In this document: in pieces, positions 34,092 through 38,645 of the stretch
Numbering within the stretch: position 1 is the first letter of the stretch
How the letters are laid out: every line of letters starts with the position of its first letter
Assembly (NCBI GenBank): GCA_001655205.1
Contig: LPNZ01008651.1
Coordinates: 1 to 38,645 of the forward strand
Direction of reading: 5' to 3'
DNA: 38,645 nucleotides
Source: Lenisia limosa
Taxonomy: Eukaryota > Protista > Breviatea
The notes under the pieces: generated by a model
What the model was told of the DNA's origin: nothing
What the model saw: only the letters and a program-made list of their open reading frames with translations
The model's database searches: none
Position numbers and translations under genes: made by a program

Positions 34092-36953
34092 TTAGCTTGA
34101 GATTGGTTTTGTGAAAAGATATTTTTTAAACGTAATGGACACAGAATCACCTTGTGAGACTTTGTCCCCTCCTGTCGAGAGGAAAACGGACATTTTGCCC
34201 TGCTTTGTTAATTGCAACGTCAACTTACAGTTTTACCAAATGGCCCTTGAACAATTCCTTGAACAGGGCCTTGGCTCGTTTCAAAAATAGCAATTTTTCC
34301 AACGAAAAAAGAAGGGTCACTATCTTTTGAGAATAAATCTTTCACAATAACTGTGCTCTGATTTGAAACCTAAAAGCTGAGAAGAATATATATATTTTTC
34401 TTACTCTATCAACAACTCCCTCTCGTCTTTTCAACCGAAATATTTTGGCAGGCCAAATTTCATTGGTTTTAACCGTCTCAATAATCCGTCCAGTGAATCC
34501 CAATCTACACTGTCCCTTGTCTGAAATATATGAAAAAGTGAGATGAAAACCAACGATGGTCAATGTCAAGTCGTGATCCAATAAAGAGGCTGTCTCGAGG
34601 AACAATAACAGGGTGCAATAATTTCATAAGGCATAAATAGTCCTAAGATCGTAAGGACACATAAAGTAAATAAACCAAACGTTGGATGAGGATTCTTGAA
34701 CTTGTTCAACAAATGGATAGTCTTGACGATGAGAAAAGCCTACGGCTTTGACAGTGTCATTCTGAATAGTGAGTATTTCTTCCAAGGAGCTTTTACCCAA
34801 GCAAAATAATAATAACAATCGTGGTTTCCCACATTGTAGGTCGGAACAAGGAGGTAGGTATATATATACTAAAGTATTGGGAGTCAAAATGAAATCCTTA
34901 TATTTTGTCGAGGGAATTGAGGAAAACTGTTCTGTTATTTTTACAAGGAGTTTTCTGGCCGGAAAACATGAGTTTGCAAAGCGAGAGTGTTTTCCTCAAC
35001 AGAAAACTCCCAAGTAACAAATGGAAGACAACCACGAGCAAAAAAACGAGGGGGAATTCGATTGGAAAACACTCGAGTCGGGATTTTTCCACTTTTCCAG
35101 CAGTTTTCCTGGAAAAGTACAGTGAATTTTCTGGAAAAAGTTGCTTCCAGGAACAGTTTTAGGGGTTTCCATGACAGTTTTCTGTTGTCTGTCGAAAATT
35201 GCAATCGAATGTGTAAAAAAATAAAAGCTTAGTTGTGAACAGAAAGCGATGGAAACGTCGTTAGTCTCTTTGCTGTTCTTCCCTCGGTTAGTTGCGAAAA
35301 GGCGTGAAAAGTTAACAATCCCGTGCCGAGTCCAAAATCATGAAGAAAACTGATCTTCTATTACACCTTGACTGCGCTGCCACTCGAATATCAGTTTTCT
35401 CTCAATTTTGGACTTTGAGCATGGGGCTCTCTACCCTCTTCTTCCCTTCTGTAAGTCACAAGGCCCAAGTTCCAAGTGTCAGAGTTCTACAAGCTTGCTG
35501 TAAGCAACACGCAGTTTTTACCACCAACAAACAAGGATGAGAACATACCAAAGGAGAAGCATCAACAAATGGCTTGAAATCGCTACGAATTTAGTTTGAT
35601 AGCAGGTAGGTAGGTACTCTTACTTGGAATTTTCATCAGGACGAAACAGATGTAGGTCTCCCATCACTGTCTGGTGGCCAAATGTGACTAGAAAAAGAAA
35701 ATAGTCAGCAAATCATCTTAGCAAACTGTGAAATCTGCCACCAGAAGAAATTGGTTGCTTGAAATAGGGAATTTTTCGTATCCGGCAAATAAACGCCTGA
35801 AGAATAAAAGAAAAAGAATACCTATTTCAGGAAATATAACCTGAATATAACTAACTCCTACTCACTCACCTCAACTGTAATAACAGCATTTAAATCTGCA
35901 ATCAATCCGCGCTCCATAAGCTTAGCATCGAAACCTGCCACACAAAGGCCTGCTCGATCTCCCTATTTTTATCATAAACCCGAGTACTCGCTCTATACCT
36001 TTTTCACTCTATTAACAGATTTATGGAACATTTGCATTGATTTAATCTTTTTTGTTTGTCCAAGCCCAGGAAACTCAACAGTCTACAAGTTAAACTGAAA
36101 TAGTTTGCCAACCTCATTAACCTTCACCTCTCCTTGAAGAACAGTACCAGTCACAATTGTTCCCTGCTTGTAAATACCTTTTAAAATATCGTCAAACTTT
36201 TCCCTTTATCGAAAAGCAATGGTCAACAGAAAAAATGAAAGGTTCATTAGAATGAACAGCTGGTTTCTTGTGAAATTATGAACATATACCTCAATGTGCT
36301 TCGGTATTTCGTTTAAAACATCTTGAATTCCCAAAGATGAGGCTGCAGAAACTGGGAAAATTTCAGAATCACAAAATTTTGTTTTTTTCAAAAGAGCTTT
36401 CATTTTTTGAGCCATCAAATAAAAAAACAACATCAACTTTACTGAGCTTGGCCGCGCGAACATTTTCTTCAATCAAATCAATTTTATTTAAAATAACGAT
36501 AAGAGATTTAGCAGTATACTCAGCTAATATTAAGCTCCAATTAGGCAAATTTAACAACTTCAGCTGTTTGCGCTTGAATTCCCTTTGTTGCATCAACAAC
36601 CAGAATAACTGTATTGATAATATTTGCCCCTCCAATTATAGACTTCATTAATGAGGCATGTCCAGGACAATCAACAAAGGTAACTTGAATTCGTTCATAA
36701 AACTCTGCCAATATCAGAAAAACAGAGAGACCAACACCAAACTCTTCACCGACTCACCATTTAGAGGAGCTGGAATGTCTTCAATGAAAGTTGCCGAAAA
36801 GCCTAGGTCCAAGGTAATTCCACGGTTTTGACTCTCAGGGGACTTATCGAAACTTGCAGTCGACTCCACAGTTGAAAGAGCTTTAGCAAAGGTGGTTTTC
36901 CCTGAATCCACATGTCCTAAAATTCCAATATTTAAATTTAAAATTGGTTCCAT
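34092..36953 (-). CDS. EEFSEC: Selenocysteine-specific elongation factor eEFSec
   Basis: LNLNIGILGHVDSGKTTFAKALS...FDKSPESQNRGITLDLGFS|..FVDCPGHASLMKSIIGG..LNKID..GDRAGLCV..GHQTVMG..SLFIGSRLDID..CRLGFTG..VKDLFSKD..GPFGKTGK..FKKYLF. All four eEFSec domains are seen; long intron at 34790-35623. Confidence 0.93.
35065..35430. repeat. Dispersed repeat, copy 2 (homologous to 10945-11490), inside the eEFSec intron
   Basis: Same ordered blocks and orientation as copy 1, preceded by a GGAAAAC/GTTTTCC-rich tract. Confidence 0.75.
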
Positions 36954-37529
36954 TGTCCAATCAAGAATTCAAGACTATCAACAAAAGTCCTCAGAGAAAT
37001 AGAACGGCAGTTAAAATTTCAAAAGAAGAAAAGTAGTTGAAAATTTTGGATATGTATTGTTTATATAACAAAATGTACAAATTAAAAAACAAAACCAAAA
37101 AAACTGTAACTATACCACATAACTTCTTGAGTTAAAAAAATTATATTGATACACAGTTATGGCTTGTTCCTTGTGTTTTTATTTCTAAAGAATTATTATA
37201 CAAATATATATAATTAATACTTGTCTATAATTATTGAGATACTAATTTTACTCTTAAACGATATTTTTGTTATTCATACATTATTAAACAGTTATATAAT
37301 TGTTATCGAAAAAAGGAAAATGTGTAAATAATTTTCATTGAAAATATTTCTATATTTTTTTTTGGAAATTATTTTCAATTTTAAATTTGTTTTTTACACT
37401 AATTTTAATTTTACATTCTTTTAATTATTCCGAGTGTGAGAACCATATTTCGTAGGTGGAAATTCCTCAATATGGGTACTAAATTCAATATTTGGTCATA
37501 AAAGTGAGATGGGGAGGAGGAGTCAGTCT

Positions 37530-38591
37530 TCAAAAATACATTTTATAACAAAGGTCACGGCTACGAATTAACGAGAAGAAGAAGTGCAACCTCTTCAAAC
37601 CATCATGACTAAACCATAAATTAAATAATATTTCAATCATACATCTACTTGCCTGAACTCTGTCGCTATCAATCGACATTTTACTAGCAACACTTTTCCT
37701 GAAACAAATAACAGAAATAAGCAAGGGAAAAGTACAAAATATTTAGCTTGTAACTGGGATTGATTGTGTAAAGAAAAAGCCAATCCTACAAAGTTTCTCT
37801 TCTTCGGACTTTGGGACCTTTAGGAGTCTCAGGAACAGAAGACCTGTATCAAAATAAATATTACCATTTCATTAATTTTGGGTTTATATTTACTGTTTCT
37901 GTTTTTATCAAATTTAAATGAACGATATCGATGAAACTACTCGGCTTACATAAATGGAAGGGCCATTTCTTTTGGCAAACCCATGTCTGATCGACTTGTC
38001 AACATTTTGTCATCAGAATCTTTCTAGTTTGTAAATTGTGATCAAAAACAGATAGCAAACTTGTTCATCATCTGGATTCTCAAACAGTTTGCTTTTGAGT
38101 TGTTTTAATTTTTCAAGTGATTCAGAGCAATCAACATGATGCTCTTGATCATTGAATTCGACAGAATAACAAAGCAAAAAAAGAACTGTTTGAATCCATA
38201 TTAGTTTCTATGTACTGTAACATCTGCCTGTCAACAACTTCTTTTCCTGTCGGTTTCTGAACAAATGACAAACAAGAACCCCAGGTTAATCAAACCGAAA
38301 AAGAGTTTAAATTTGTTGCGACACCTTCTTGCTCCTGAGGAATAAAATTGAACAGCGAATCAACAAAGTTCAAACCTCCACAGCTGTGCTTCTTGAACTT
38401 AAATGAGACCCAATTTTACTGACAGCCTTTTTTGTGTGCGTGAAATCCACACCTTTTTGCCTCTTGGTGATCTCATGTTTCACCCTTTGTACTTCCAGAG
38501 TTGATGAAACTGAAGGGCCATCATCTCCTTCAAGGGCAGTTTTTGATTTTCTAAACTGTTTTTTTGCTCTTGGCTTTATTTTTATCTCCAT
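37530..38591 (-). CDS. Probable TLS1/C9orf78 (HCA59) family splicing-associated protein
   Basis: MEIKIKPRAKKQFRK...TLEVQRVKHEITKRQKGVD...VDRQMLQYIETNM...MGLPKEMALP..NLIKTE resembles the recalled family motifs (LRKRxxGV, D..MMxYIE.EL, PEV.L...N...TE). Splicing is only partly resolved. Confidence 0.45.
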
Positions 38592-38645
38592 TATTCAGGA
38601 TGGGCGTGATATCAGTTTTGCTGGGGGGGGGGGTGCTCGTGTGTT

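Overview
AT-rich, intron-dense eukaryotic DNA, most likely from a unicellular protist. Most introns are 30-80 nt GT-AG with CTAAC-type branch points, so the ORF track shows only exon fragments. Splicing by eye gives about 13 protein genes and one tRNA-Gln(CUG): a RanBP2 zinc-finger/GM-rich protein, DDI1 (spread over 7 kb), a Ser/Pro-rich unknown, a small Myb-like gene, a Trypanosoma/Toxoplasma-type MORN1, Derlin, a DUF229-like protein, exosome MTR3/EXOSC6, a type-I membrane protein, Vps34, a LOG-family enzyme, eEFSec and a TLS1/C9orf78-like gene. The few long introns (0.4-2.9 kb) contain repeats or transposon-like insertions. The clearest is a TIR element with a 4-bp target duplication and a frameshifted cargo gene inside a DDI1 protease-domain intron. 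The best candidate for novelty is the gene at 22885-26648 (-). It combines a signal peptide, a bacterial-looking beta-propeller ectodomain, a TM helix, a cytoplasmic motif resembling the animal anthrax-toxin-receptor (ANTXR) tail, and a polybasic CaaX end. All homologies come from hand translation and recalled sequences; no searches were run, and several gene starts and ends are approximate.
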